This document shows positions 1 through 13,179 of a stretch of DNA of 64,000 nt, one piece after another. Positions within the stretch are counted from its first letter, which is position 1, and every line of letters begins with the position of its first letter. The notes under the pieces are model-generated. The model had not been told where the DNA came from, did no database searches, and was given only the letters and a program-made list of their open reading frames with translations. The stretch covers positions 73,842,001-73,906,000 of the forward strand of contig OX597826.1 of assembly GCA_951406725.2 (NCBI GenBank). The letters are read 5' to 3'. The position numbers and the translations under genes were made by a program. The DNA comes from Octopus vulgaris. Lineage: Eukaryota.

Positions 1-1499
1 TGTGGTCTTTTAATGCAGGGTGTGATGACATTAATGTTGAAATCAGATACCAATGGATAATTTGAGAGATATTAGTTTACAAAATGATTGATGAAGCATT
101 AAGTATTGTAGTTGTTTCATAATGTGGACAATTGAGAAATACTGTTTTATTTATTAAGGATGAAAATAAAAATGCAATTATAAATGAAAGCAAAATTTAT
201 CATAAAGTACCTTTAATATTCGTAAACTCCTTTCACTTTAAAAGAAGCACTTGACAATGCATTCCTAACTGGAATTAGTTTCTCATTAAAAAAAAAATAA
301 AAGAACAATAATGTTTTTGCAGATTCTGAATCTGATATTGAAAATTAAAGAATAAACCCCACCGGTTTTATTATATATATATAAAAGCAAAATTAGGTTG
401 TGTTTAAAAATCCCATGCTTAGAGGAATAATTGCCTCTACTCCTTGCTATAATATCAATCTCACTTCCTTCTTTCATCACCTTTATCACTTTATTTCCAT
501 TTCACTTGTCTCCTGAGGTATTTTTTGTACGTCTTCTTTCTGGTTTAAACCCAGTCGTTATTTTCTTCCCACGTATATATATGTATATATATGTATATTT
601 ACCGTACTTGTTACTCTTCAATCTTCCCCTTCTATTTGTTGACACCAACCAGTGTTATTATCTAGAATGTTCTAAATCTCTTCTCATTGATCATTTCAAC
701 CTGTGATTTGTTTTTTTACGTTTTGGAGATCTTAGGTGTGTTTATCTATATACTTACACCCCCCTCTCTGTCTCTCTCTCTCTATATATATATCACATAC
801 ACACACACACACACACATGAACATAGAAAGTTGTAAGCGTACATTCATATGCTGACAAGCACACAAACAAAAGAATCGCCTCTACAAACGAACACGCATT
901 CGAACACACAGACACAGGACATGGATAGTCAGTGTACAAACACACACACACACGTGTGTGTGTGTGTACAGTTGAAGTCCATCTGATGATATAACAGTGA
1001 AACGTTTCCCTTACCATATCGTCTCTATCATCATCATCATGTTTCTAAGCTACTGACCCCCTCATTTATTAAAGTTCATCGATCTTTCACTCCTGGACCC
1101 CCCCTCCTTTTTTCCCCTTTTTGTTGTCACTTGTATTGTACCCTTGTCTCTTTACACCAATCCTTGTATCAAAGATTGCCTCTTTTGTCTCTCTCTCTCT
1201 CTCTCTCCATCGGATCTCGTCCTAGATAGACATTTCAGCTGACGCTCATTACTTAGCAGAGGCATGAGCACCACCCATTGTCTTCCCCTCATATAACATG
1301 GCTTCATGCATTTATTAAATAAAAGCACTTGACCACCACCACCACCACCACTACTATTACTACTGTGATCATTGCTTATCTGAACATGTTTCTAAACATG
1401 CTTTTCCGGTGTTGGTCACCTACTGCTGTTAAAAACACGCACACAACATAAAACTATTTACACACGCATACCAAAGACACATCTCATATATTCACTATG

Positions 1500-1711
1500 C
1501 CAGTACCGCCTGACTGGGCCCCCCGTGCTGGTGGCACGTAAAAGCACCCAATACAATCTCGGAGTGGTTGGCGTTAGGAAGTGCATCCAGCTGTAGAAAC
1601 TCTTGCCAGATCAAGATTGGAGCCTGGTGCAGCCATCTGGTTCGCCAGCCCTCAGTCAAATCGTCCGACCCATGCTAGCATGGAAAGCGGACGTTAAACG
1701 ATGACGATGAT
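1500..1711 (+). mobile_element. SINE-like family C, 3' part with (GAT)n tail
   Basis: GTTGGCGTTAGGAAG.GCATCCAGCTGTAGAAAC...CCATGCTAGCATGGAAAGCGGACGTTAAACGATGATG; about 20 copies or fragments in the window. Confidence 0.85.
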
Positions 1712-4261
1712 AAAACCACACACACACACACACACACAAAAATCACCATGTCTCTGTTTAGTGATCGTTTGAATTCTCCAAAGAATCTTAAAGAAGACGC
1801 ATACATACATTTTGTTTTCGTCAAACTACTTTGTGAGAGAGTTATTTTTGGGGTACCTTATTAACTGAACTGTGGTACATAAACAACATAAGTGAAATAT
1901 ACCAGTTTTCTTTCCAGTTGTGCAAACTATATAAAAAGTCCCCTGTTCAAACTACATCCATTTTACATGTCCTGCCCATTGTAGCTGCATGTTTTAGATC
2001 TTGCGACTACATGTTAATGAATCCATCATTCTGGAGCCACATTATGTTTGTGCATCCTATTACTGCCACGTGTTGTGCATGTGCAGACTTGTATTAGATG
2101 TTATGCATCCATCGATGCTGAGGGTGGTGGCCGACAACCACCTGTGTAGCAACACACACACACACAAGGGACGTAATTCGGTGTTTGTTACCTGGAAGAT
2201 GTTCTTTGTTGTGTTCTGGGAGATCTTTCTGTTTAATTCCTGTTACACATTTTTTTGAGAAGTGATTTCTTCCATTTTCCTAATCTGTCCAGTAAAAAGT
2301 AGATGTCTTACTTATGATAGCTGTCATATATAAATGTGTGTATGACTCAGTTTCAAGTACATCCTTCTCATTTAGAAATGTGTACCTGTATTTGAATGCG
2401 TTGCTGATAAATGTGGTTTACCTCAGTGTGAGCGAAAAATGCAACAAAATGACAGGATGGGGAAATGATATAACAGATAAAAGATGACTTGTTGCTGGTT
2501 TAAGTGTTGAATTCTACAGGCAAATAGGAAGGTAGGCGAATGGTTGGATCAGATCTATAGAATCGTACCAATGTGCAATATATATATATATAAACATACA
2601 CATATACGTAGTAAGCATTATTTATAGAAACTTAACCACAATGGACAAATGATTCCATCAGCCAAACTTGTATTCTGGTGCGAGTTGTAAACATGTAAAC
2701 ATTCTTGTGTATCATTAAGTAATTAGTGTTTATTTTTTGTTGTCGTTAATGACATAATTAAATTTCTGCTCATTATAAATATTTACTTGGGCGAAGATAC
2801 TCTACAGTGTATGGAAGAAGAATATATTTTCAGCTGTTAGAACTGTAGCCAGATTTGTTGGAATTTATCCAGATAGCTTTTTATCTAAATAGAAAACAGC
2901 CACACTCACACACGTACACATAGATTTACAGCGAATGTTTATAAACTTGAAATTTCATTAATTTTCTTATTTTTAGCTTGAACTTAGCCCTTTAATGCAC
3001 AGTGTTCCAGAAATCAGGCCTGTGAGAAAATTATACAATGCAAGCTAATATTGTGGAATGAAAATTCAATGTTACACATTAATTACTGGATGAATGGTCG
3101 GAACATCAGGTGTGATTGAATTTATAACATAACGCAGGTGTAGCTGTGAAGTAACTAGAGTAATATACCTCAGGTGTGACTGAGCTAACATCAGGTGTTA
3201 ATATATAATTGCTAGATAACACCATACTCAGATTAATTAATGTGAATTATTCAATGTTTCAGGCAGCTTTTGACCGAGTGGTGGTGATGATGATGGTGAT
3301 AGTAGATACAAACTCTTTAGAATAGTGGTGCTTAACCGTTTTAATATCCAGACCAGATCCAAAACAGATTTATTTTTTTAGGGGGACACACCAAAAAAAT
3401 GTAAAACAAGTCAATTAAAGAAATATTTATGGAGGGTAGACTTGAGGGTTGCAAGAGGCCCTGGGAGTCACAGTTAGTGTAGTTTTTATTTATTTATTTA
3501 TTTTTTTGTTTATGTCGGGAATCATTTTCATGTTGTTCCTTAATAGTATCATTATCATTGTACAATAACAGAGCAAAACTTCTCCAGGTATTATGTCTAG
3601 CAAGGCAGATTTCCATGTTGTTAACTCATCGTTTCTAAAAGATTTCATCATTTCAAGATAACAACAATGTATTAAATTATTCAAATGATAATGTCCAACC
3701 ACTGGACATTAATAAGGGGGAAATATTACCTTAATTGGTAACAGGTGAAGGTTGATGACAGGGAGGGAATCTGGCTGTGGAAACTATGCTTCAATAAACT
3801 CTGAATGATACAAGCATGAAAAAGTGGACATTAAAATGATGAGGATTATGCCAGGTACCCCCATCAACAGGTATTGATAATTCTAAATTCAAACAAATGA
3901 GATTTTCTAGGATTTTATCATGCATGGCCAGAACTGCTACAACAAGCATATCAAAGACTTTATTCGGCAAAACTCGTAAACATCACATTAATTATTGTTT
4001 CCGTCTTCATTAAATCAGATCACCGTCATCATTTAACTACTTCAAAATTCTTTTTTTTTTTTATTTAAATTTTTAGATAACTTTCATTTCTTCCTTCCTG
4101 TTCTTTCACTTTATATCTGTTTTCCATGCTAGCATGGGTTAGATTAATACTTATTGAGACTTAATTTCGCAGGCAGATGCCCTCCCCATTGCTAATCCTT
4201 AATTTTTTGTAAGAGTTAGCAAACAATTTGTTGATATTTCTACATAATCATTTAAAAAAAA

Positions 4262-4650
4262 CCCTTTTACTTGTTTCAGTCATACTGCGACCATGCTGGG
4301 GCAATGCCGTCAAGAAATTTAGTCAAATTGACCCCATTATTTATATCTTTTTTAAAACTTGGTACTTATTCTGTCAATCTCCTTTGCTGAACTGTTAAGT
4401 TATGGGAATGTAAACATACCAATACCAGTTGTCAGGTGGTGGTGGTGGTGGTGGAGACAAACAGATACAAAGACACATGCATATATATGTGTATATACAA
4501 TGGGCTTCCTTTAAGTTTACGTCTACCAAATCCACTCCCAAGGCTATGGTCAGACTGAGCCTATAACATGAAGACATTTGCCCAAGGTGCCATGCAGTAG
4601 GACTGAACCTGGAACCATTTGGTTGGGAGACAAACTTCTTTACCACACAA
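4262..4650 (-). mobile_element. SINE family B, older copy
   Basis: Diverged reverse complement of 33214-33613. Confidence 0.8.
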
Positions 4651-5064
4651 CACTTTTATCTGAAGAATGGAAAAATAACCATTCAAATTACATAAATGCA
4701 TATCTATACAACAGGCTTCCACACAGTTTCTGCCTACCAATTCCAGTAGAAGACACTTGCTCAAAGCACCATGCCATGTGATAGGACTTGAGATGACATT
4801 GTAAGAAAGCTACTTCCTTTCCCACACAGCTGTGTCTGTCCCTATCCTGTAAATAATTTATCATCTTTAGAATGGGAGGAAGGAATTTGCCCAAGGTGCC
4901 ACACAGTGGGACTGAACCTGGAACCATGTGGTTGGGAACCATTTAACTGTTTCTTCGTCTTGTACACGATTCATCTGCTATATGAGTGATGCCTAATGTT
5001 TTTAAAGTCTATCATCTTACCAATAAGAAATGGTTATAGCTATAATATTGTTGAATTTCATTAA

Positions 5065-5278
5065 CCTTTTAGCATTTAATCAAGCCAGATCTGACCAAAA
5101 TAGTCTCTCTGTTCCAATTTTTAAACTGGCTGGATCTGGCCTCTCATACTTACCCTACAATATTATTCCAAAAATAGAAAATCACATATTGAAATTGCAA
5201 AGCTACAAAGTAACACATGACTAATTATTATCAATGTGAATAAATTACATTTGACAGAAAAATCTGAATGCTAATGGG
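5065..5278. mobile_element. piggyBac-type MITE family 1
   Basis: TTAA-flanked, diverged CCCTTTAGC-type TIRs. Confidence 0.8.
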
Positions 5279-5291
5279 TTAATAATAATAA

Positions 5292-5512
5292 AGTGGCGAG
5301 CTGGCAGAAACATTAGCACGCCGGGCGAAATGCTAGGTGGTATTTCGTCTGCCGTTACGTTCTGAGTTCAAATTCCACCGAGGTCGACTTTGCCTTTTAT
5401 CCTTTCGGGGTCGATTAAATAAGTACCAGTTACTCACTGGGGTCGATAGAATCAACTTAATCCGTTTGTTTGTCCTCTCTGTGTTTAGCTCCTTGTGGGT
5501 AGTAAAGAAATA
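5292..5512 (+). mobile_element. tRNA-derived SINE family M (central GCCTTTCATCCTTTCGGGGTCGAT..AAGTACCAG, Meta/MESC-like domain)
   Basis: GGCGAGCTGGCAGAA head, GAGTTCAAATTCC B box; other copies at about 8150-8362(-), 16008-16222(+), 17150-17330(+). Domain name from memory. Confidence 0.85.
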
Positions 5513-5915
5513 AGGTTAATAATTTCCAGTTGTAACCAATTTCTGTCTGTCTGGCTCAACCTAATCCATTGTTCCTGATTTCCACTAGCTTATTATATGA
5601 GGTGCAATGTGGCCTTTTGGGCATCTTACTCTTTTTTTTTTCATTGTTCACTCTCCTCCTCGAATGCCTGCTGGTTCTATATTTATCGTAGGTGATGTGT
5701 ATCCTAACCCAGAATTTGACGCTATTAAGATTTGTACGTGTTTTATAAGAGGTAGCACCAGTAACATAAAGGTGTGATTGTGGCAGAATTGTTGTTGGTT
5801 GTATAAAGAAATATGTTTGAAGAAACTTGGGAATTAAAACTGAAACCCACTTTTAAGGTAGTTGGAACATTAATGCAAATGTTAGGACAAACTAGTCTGC
5901 TTGCCGGCAGTTTAA

Positions 5916-6132
5916 CCCTTTTGTTACCAACCTGGCTGAAACTGGCTCTGAGTACAAATGTCTTTTTGTTTTCATAAGTTTTGAATTAAAATCTTCCACC
6001 AAACCTTAGTCACAGTTTATGTTCCTAACACTAGCTGAATGATAACTGAGTTATTTTACTAAATTCTTTGTTATATTTAAAGTAATTGAAAGAAACACTG
6101 AACAGCTAAAAATAAATACGGTAACAAAAGGG
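5916..6132. mobile_element. piggyBac-type MITE family 2
   Basis: TTAA TSDs, 13-bp TIR CCCTTTTGTTACC/GGTAACAAAAGGG. Confidence 0.9.
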
Positions 6133-8925
6133 TTAAGCAAATTATAAGCTGTTTTATGCAAAGTTTATTTGAAATGCTTTGTTGTTGAGCTCTAATAGGA
6201 CAACATTGCTTTTGCTCAAAGTTCTTCTTTACTCAACACTGGTCTTATAGACCACTGTTGAGTAATGAAGGAGAATGGGTTGTGAGTAGTATCTGATTTT
6301 TAGGAATATGGAATTGTGTATATTGTGGTATTAATCATCGTTTAACATCCGTTCTCCATGCTAGCATGGGTTAGATGGTTCGACCGGGGATCTGGGAAGC
6401 CAGAAGGCTGCACCAGGCTCCAGTCTTATCTGGCAGTGTTTCTACAGCTGGATGCCCTTCCTAACGCCAACCACATAATTACAGAAGTGATTGGAAGACA
6501 GTGAAATGAAAAACAAATTAGTCTTTGTGTGAGATGTAATTAGGGTGTGCTATACATCAGTTGCTGTTTGTATATGAGATGTGTGCATATCTTAGAATGC
6601 AATGGAGATGTTGCATGGTATGAGACCAGAGTGATGTTAATCAAACCTGTCGTCTAATCAATAACTAGCACTATCTCCACAAACGGCCTTTATATGAGCC
6701 AGCGGTGGAGCCACTGCATTGTCATCTGACGTGCTAGGAATAGCCAAATCTTCTTCAAATCACATTCCATTATTTTAGAAAAAGGAAGGATTCATTAGAT
6801 AATATCAGAATAAAAAGTTTTAGATATGCTTGTTGTAGCAGTTCTGGCCATGATAAACCATATAAAATCTCATTTGTTTGGATTTAGTATTTCCAGTACC
6901 TGTTAATAGAATATCTCGCATACTCATCAGTTTAACGTCCACTTTTTCATGCTTGCATGGATCAGACAAAATTTATTGAATCATGTTTTCCACAGCCAGA
7001 TTCCCTTCCTGTCGTCAACCCTCACCTGTTCCCAATTAAGGTAAATATTTCCCCATAGCCAGACATGTTTTTGCAGAATATTGAATATTGGGGACGAACC
7101 CTACTGCTTGTATGCCAGTGACTCTCATTTACAACTATATAACACGATGTCAAGAATGGGAGATACAAACATACACTCACACACACGTGATGGGCTTCTT
7201 TCAGTTTCCATCTACCTGGTCCTCCCAAGGCTTTGCTCAACCCAGAGCTATAGTAGAAGACACTTGTGCAAGGTACATGCAGTGCATCTGAACCTGAAAC
7301 CATGTGGTTGAAACACAAACTGTTTAATCACCCAGCCACATCTGTGTTTACCATAATCTGAGAATTGGTCTTTAAGAGAGAATTGCAGCTGATTGCATTG
7401 ACTTCTCTTGGGTTTCCTTTTCTTTATTAATCTGCCATTTTACTGACATTGTCTCCCACCTTAGAACATGGGCCTATAGTTGCAAACATTCAAAGTGTTG
7501 CACACACACACACATGCACTTTCTCTCTCTCTCTGTAAATTTCAGAGACTGTAAGACCACTTACAATCATCATCATCATCATCATCATTCAATGTCCCCA
7601 TTCCCACATGGAAAAAATGGAGGTTGAAACAGTGGTGGTGATGCTCCATGTTTGCATGGGTCAGATTGAATTTGTTGAGGAAGATTTTCTACAGCTTTGT
7701 CCCCTTCCTGTTGCTAACTCTTACCTGTTTACAAGCAAAGTAATATTTCTTTATGACCAGACATGTTTTTCATGAAACAAATATTGTTTGTATGATGATA
7801 CTGATGATGCTCATTTACAACCATTGCATGATGTTAAGACAAGGACACATACATGCACACGATAGGCTTCTTTCAGTTTCTGTCTACCAAATCCACTCTA
7901 ACTTGTCTTCAATTGTCCTGAGGCTATATTATCAACGTTTGGTGTTTGTTTTCCATGCTGTCATGGGTTGGATGGTTTGACAGGAGCTGGCAAGGTCAGG
8001 GGCTGCACCAAGTTTCATAGTCTTGTTTTGGCATGGTTTCTATGGCTGCCAAGGTGTTGCCCTGTGGGATTGAACCCAAGGCTACATGACTTGGAAGCAA
8101 GTTTCTTATCTGCATGGCTGTGTCTGTCCCTACAATCTGCTTTAATAATGATCCTTTCTACTATAGACAAAGGCCTGGAATTTGGCGAAATGGGACCAGT
8201 CGATTACATCGACCCCCAGTGACTGGCTGGTGCTTCATTTATCAACCCCGAAAGGATGAGAGGCAAAGTTGACCTAAGTGGAATTTGAACTCAGAACATA
8301 AAGGACAAAATCCTGCCAAGCATTTTGCCCTGTATGATAATGATTCTGCCAGCTCGCCACCTTTCTACTTTAATGCTAATAATAATAATAATAACAATGG
8401 TTTCTTATTGTGGCACATGGCTTTAAATTTTTGGGGAAGGGTTGGTCACTCATATCAACTTGAGTTCTTAACTAGTCTTTCGTTTTATCAACCTTGGAAA
8501 AATGAACAACAAACAGCTGAACTTGGTGGGATTTGAACTCAGAATGCAAAGAGCCAAAACAAATAATAATGCTCTAACAATTCTGCCAGCACGACTTCTT
8601 TATTGACACACTCTTCTAGTTAAAAAATCTCCCTTCAGCAAATAAATCAAGTATGATTCTAAACTTTCTGAATGGTTTTGGTGAGAAGATAATTTTGCAT
8701 CTGTGTATGCATATGTGGAAGTTTCAAGATGTACATCTGTTATTTGAGTGGCTCATTCAATTAATGACCTCATTATTCCACTTGATTTTCTTGACAGTAA
8801 AGTGATTTATAGAGATGCAGTTTTCATCTGATTCTGCCGTTTTTATGATGGTGCAATACTATCAGTAATCCAATATGTAACATATAAACGTGGCAAAAAT
8901 AAACGAATGGTTCTTTTTTTTTTTT

Positions 8926-9317
8926 CTTTTACTTGTTTCAGTCATTTGACTGCGGCCATGCTGGAGCACCACCTTTAGTCGAGCAAATCGACCCCGGGAC
9001 TTATTCTTTGTAAGCCCAGTACTTATTCTATTGGTCTCTTTTTGCCGAGCCGCTAAGTGACGGGGACGTAAACACACCAGCATCGGTTGTCAAGCAATGC
9101 TAGGGGGACAAATACAGACACACAAACACACACACACACACATATATATATATACATATATACGACAGGCTTCTTTCAGTTTCCGTCTACCAAATCCACT
9201 CACAAGGCATTGGTCGGTCCGGGGCTATAGCAGAAGACACTTGCCCAAGATGCCACGCAGTGGGACTGAACCTGGAACCATGTGGTTTGTAAGCAAGCTA
9301 CTTACCACACAGCCACT
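8926..9317 (-). mobile_element. SINE family B
   Basis: Near-identical reverse complement of 33214-33613. Confidence 0.9.
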
Positions 9318-9732
9318 GCATATTATTGTTCCAAATATACTGAATGACGTTCTTCTGTTGTAAAATTAGTAATTCATCTTCAGATTACTGCTACTTAGTG
9401 TTTATCTTTCCTGGAAATGTTGCTCTTCCTGTTTATCTTCCCATTAAAACATCAAAGTTTCCTAAAGTAGGATTTTTAAAAGCAGTTTCTATTTTATGTT
9501 AATAATCTCCCAGCTGCCCTAGTTACTGTTGTTGAGCTTCAGTTCACACCCTGGATCAGATAGTTTTATGATCAAATACATTCTCAGAGGCTTGACCATC
9601 TTGTTACATGGTAGGCATATGTCAAAAACAGCATCTAGCATGTCTTTTTCTCAATTAAAATGGTAGGGAGGATTAGGCTGTTATTTCAAGCAGGTTGATG
9701 CTTCCTTAGGTGTATATAACACATTTAAAAAT

Positions 9733-9932
9733 GCAGCACGGAGTTTTGTCAGTGAACAGGTTGCGGTCTCAAAGCGACGAAAATATTTTGACAAATTAAA
9801 TTTGAATGTTGAAGTGAATCTAACGGTTTTTGTGTGTTTCTTAAATGGCTTATAAACACCTTCCACGCTGCAATTGTTTTCGTTCCAGCACACGCTCCCA
9901 GATCAGGTCACTTGCTATGCAAGTACATCTCC
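9733..9932 (+). mobile_element. Probable Penelope-derived short element carrying the G3:C8 hammerhead
   Basis: CpG-richer 200-bp island starting at the hammerhead and ending in the ACTTGC-TAT-GCAAGT hairpin; boundaries approximate, no clear TSD. Confidence 0.45.
9745..9795 (+). ncRNA. Minimal type I hammerhead ribozyme, G3:C8 core variant
   Basis: Stem I TTTGTCA/TGACAAA; core GTGAACA+G; stem II GTTGC/GCGAC; GAA; palindromic stem III AATATT; U17. Confidence 0.75.
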
Positions 9933-10019
9933 AAATTATTTTTTGTTTAATCTAAAAAGTTGTCTCCTTGGCCTGTGCAGCTTCTCCCCAACAGACTTGT
10001 GAGTAATGTAGTTACAATT

Positions 10020-10330
10020 CCTCTTGAATATTTACCATTTCATGGCCGCAGGAAATACGAGTATGAGAGGAATTCCAGGAAGCTGGGGCTCTTGAGGAAG
10101 CACTGAATACAGTGGTTAATGCTGGGTGTGAAGTAATAAACATTAGTTGAAGAGGAGTGATGACACAAGTTGCTCTTAGTGGAAGTGTAGTGGTAGGGAA
10201 AGAAGAGAGAGGAGACAGAATGTTTGTGGATCAGACATTAGAGTATGTTGTTGGTAAATGACTTTGTTACAATCAAGTGGGGCTTTTTTTGATATACAGT
10301 CAAGGATATTTGTATGCAGAGCTGCAAAAC
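10020..10330 (-). mobile_element. Possible CR1/L2-type LINE 3' remnant
   Basis: Degenerate minus-strand sequence resembling the SF.PR...WNSL...FP end of ORF2. Confidence 0.35.
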
Positions 10331-10363
10331 CATTTTTCATGAGGGAACAATATTCCATTGGGA

Positions 10364-10744
10364 TACTCTTTTACTCTCTCTTGTACTTGTTTCAGTCATT
10401 TGACTGCGGCCATGCGGAAGCACCACCTTTAGTCGAGCAAATCGACCCCGGGACTTATTCTTTGTAAGCCCAGTACTTATTCTATCGGTCTCTATTGCTA
10501 AGTGATGGGGACGTAAACACACCAGCATCGGTTGTCAAGCAATGCTAGGGGGACAAACACACACACACATATACATATATACGACAGGCTTCTTTCAGTT
10601 TCCGTCTACCAAATCCACTCACAAGGCATTGGTCGGCCCGGGGCTATAGCAGAAGACACTTGCCCAAGATGCCACGCAGTGGGACTGAACCCGCAACCAT
10701 GTGGTTGGTTAGCAAGCTACTTACCACACAGCCACTCCTGCGCC
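10364..10744 (-). mobile_element. SINE family B
   Basis: Near-identical reverse complement of 33214-33613. Confidence 0.9.
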
Positions 10745-11548
10745 TAGAGGATAAGAGGGTTTAAAAAATTTTTTTTTCTGAAATATTTTCTGACTCTGAA
10801 GAGGGAGGCCAAGCTTTACTATGCAGGTGTGTAATGACAGAGAGAAAGAGAGAGAGAGATGTTCAGTGATGATGGGGTTTGACATTTGTAGTGGTTTCGA
10901 GGGTTCCAGCTGCTTGTTTCTTATAAGTGGGTGACAAAATTGTTTTCATGATATATGTTGTAACTTGGAAGTCTTCTGGATTGAAATACTGTTTGTCTGA
11001 TATTGTTATGTACACTTGAGAGAATATCCAAAGTATATCTTTTATGGTTTTTAAAAATTTTTTTATACTTGTTTCAGTCATTAGACTGTGGTCATGCTGG
11101 GGCAATTTCTTGAAAAAATTTTTTCGTTGAACAAATCAACCCCATTACTTAATTTTTCAAAGCCTGGTACTTATTCCATCAGTGTCTTTTGCCAAATCGC
11201 TAAGTCGTGGGGACATAAACACCAATACTGGTTGTCAAGTGGTGGTAGGGGGACAATGACATACACACATGGGCTTCCTTTCAGTTTCCATCTACCAAGT
11301 CCACTCACAAAGCTTTGGTTGTTTCAAGGCTATAGTAGACGACATTTGCCCAAGGTGCCACAGAGTGGGACTGAACCTGGAACCATGTGGTTGGGAACCA
11401 GGTTTGTAAAGGAATTGAAAAGATCTGCTTGTGAACAAATGGTGAATATTACTAGAAATGTCAGAAAAGATTGGATGGGAAGGATTCTGAAAAGTCTTTA
11501 ATCAGTGATGTTGTTGAAGCCCCAGGTCATCTTTCATTGTCTCTAGAT

Positions 11549-12030
11549 CAGTGGTTCCCAACCTTTTCACTTCCAAGGACCCCTTTTATTTAAATGAGTT
11601 TTCCCATGGACTTCTTTCAATATGTTTATCCTTATGTGTGTGTATTCTTTTTTTACTTATATTTGTTTGTCATTTTACAACGGCCATGCTGGAGCACTGC
11701 CTTTAGTCGAACAAAATGACCCCAGGATTTATTCTTTGTAAGCCTAGCACTTATACTATCGGTCTCTTTTGCCGAATGTCTAAGTCATGGGGACATAAAC
11801 ACACCAGCATCGGTTGTCAAATGATGGTGCGGGGACAAACACAGACACAAGCATACACACACACATACATGACAAGCTTCTTTCAGTTTCCGTCTACTAA
11901 ATCAACTCACAAGGCTTTGGTTGGCCTGAGGAGATAGTAGAAGACACTTATCCAAGGTGACACGCAGTGTGACTGAACCTGCAACCATGTGGTTGGTAAT
12001 CAAGCTACTTACCACATGGCCACTCCTGCG

Positions 12031-12085
<55 letters not shown>

Positions 12086-12235
12086 TCATCATCATCATCA
12101 TCATCGTTTAACATCTGCTTTCCATGCTAGCATGGGTTGGACGATTTTGACTGAGGGCTGGCGAACCAGATGGCTGCACCAGGCTCCAATCTTGATCTGG
12201 CAGAGTTTCTACAGCCGGATGCCCTTCCTAACGAG

Positions 12236-12267
<32 letters not shown>

Positions 12268-12333
12268 GAAATTTTGAATTTAGTTCATGGACCCCCAGTA
12301 CTACCTTTGCAGACCCCAGGTAGGGAACCACTG
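11549..12333. mobile_element. hAT (Charlie/Buster-like) MITE with nested SINEs
   Basis: TSD CTCTAGAT/GTCTAGAT, TIR CAGTGGTTCCC/GGGAACCACTG. Confidence 0.85.
12033..12105. repeat. (TA)n followed by (TCA)n microsatellite
   Basis: Direct reading. Confidence 0.95.
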
Positions 12334-12961
12334 GTCTAGATCTATGATCATAAATATTCCATCTGTTACAGTTTGTCTTTTTTTCTTCTTGAAACACAAA
12401 TGGATCACAATATCCAATATGCCTTCCTTTTAAGACATTTTAAACTTTTTACATATTCCATCAAAGCCTTTAATTTTTTTACATATAAAATACAGAAGCA
12501 AATTCTTCATAGGCTTATGGAATATTTATGTTATTGAATTTTTATTTCCCTCTTATACTATATAATTGTCAACAATAGTTGGGACTACACCATAGATCTT
12601 ATATTAAGGTTAGCTGATATTTTTAGCATCTCATGTGTCCACATAGTCTCTTTCATTGGTTTCGGTATATTAAAAGAATTATAGGCTATGGTGCTACAAT
12701 TGTCTGAATCATATCTTTCTCTTATACTGATGGTCAGTTATAATTTAATGGTGGACAAATTCTTTGTGCTCGTTAATTAAGCAATCCTCTTTCATTCTAA
12801 GAATTACAGTTTGCAGTGTATTTTTAATTGTCCTACCTAATGTTTAATTACTTATTAGTTTTATAGGTTTGCTTCTCTACATTCTGTCAGTATTTCGTCT
12901 TCATATTTAACTTCTTCTAAATCACTGTGTTCCCTCTTCTACAAAGTAACCAGTGCCTTAA

Positions 12962-13179
12962 CCCTTTCATTACCAACCCGGGCGAAACCAACTCTGGCTG
13001 AGTACAAATGTCTTATTTTCATAAGTTTTGAATTAAAATCTTCCACCAAACCTTAGACACAATTTGTTCTCCTAACACTAGCTTAACGATAACTCAGTTA
13101 TTTTACTAAATTCTTTGTTATATTTAAAGTATTTGATAGAAACAGAGAGGATCTCAAAATAAATACGGTAACGAATGGG
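12962..13179. mobile_element. piggyBac-type MITE family 2
   Basis: TTAA TSDs; colinear with 5916-6132. Confidence 0.88.

Larger units (their letters stand above)
3717..7054. repeat. Inverted duplication, arms 3717-3965 and 6808-7054
   Basis: SINE tail and adjoining flank are both present as a reverse complement. Confidence 0.85.

Noticed and set aside
977-1010. CTGATGA...GAAACGTT hammerhead-like core
   Set aside because: Stem II has at most two weak pairs and the flanks (GTCCAT / TCCC) cannot form stem I
1011-1045. Minus-strand ATGATGATGATGATAGAGACGATATG|gtaagg as the first exon of a divergent gene
   Set aside because: The ATGs are a (CAT)n microsatellite and no downstream exon is identifiable in the window
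5692-5733. 42-nt candidate upstream exon (DVYPNPEFDAIKI)
   Set aside because: Only moderate splice sites and no homology; kept solely as speculation under the uORF finding
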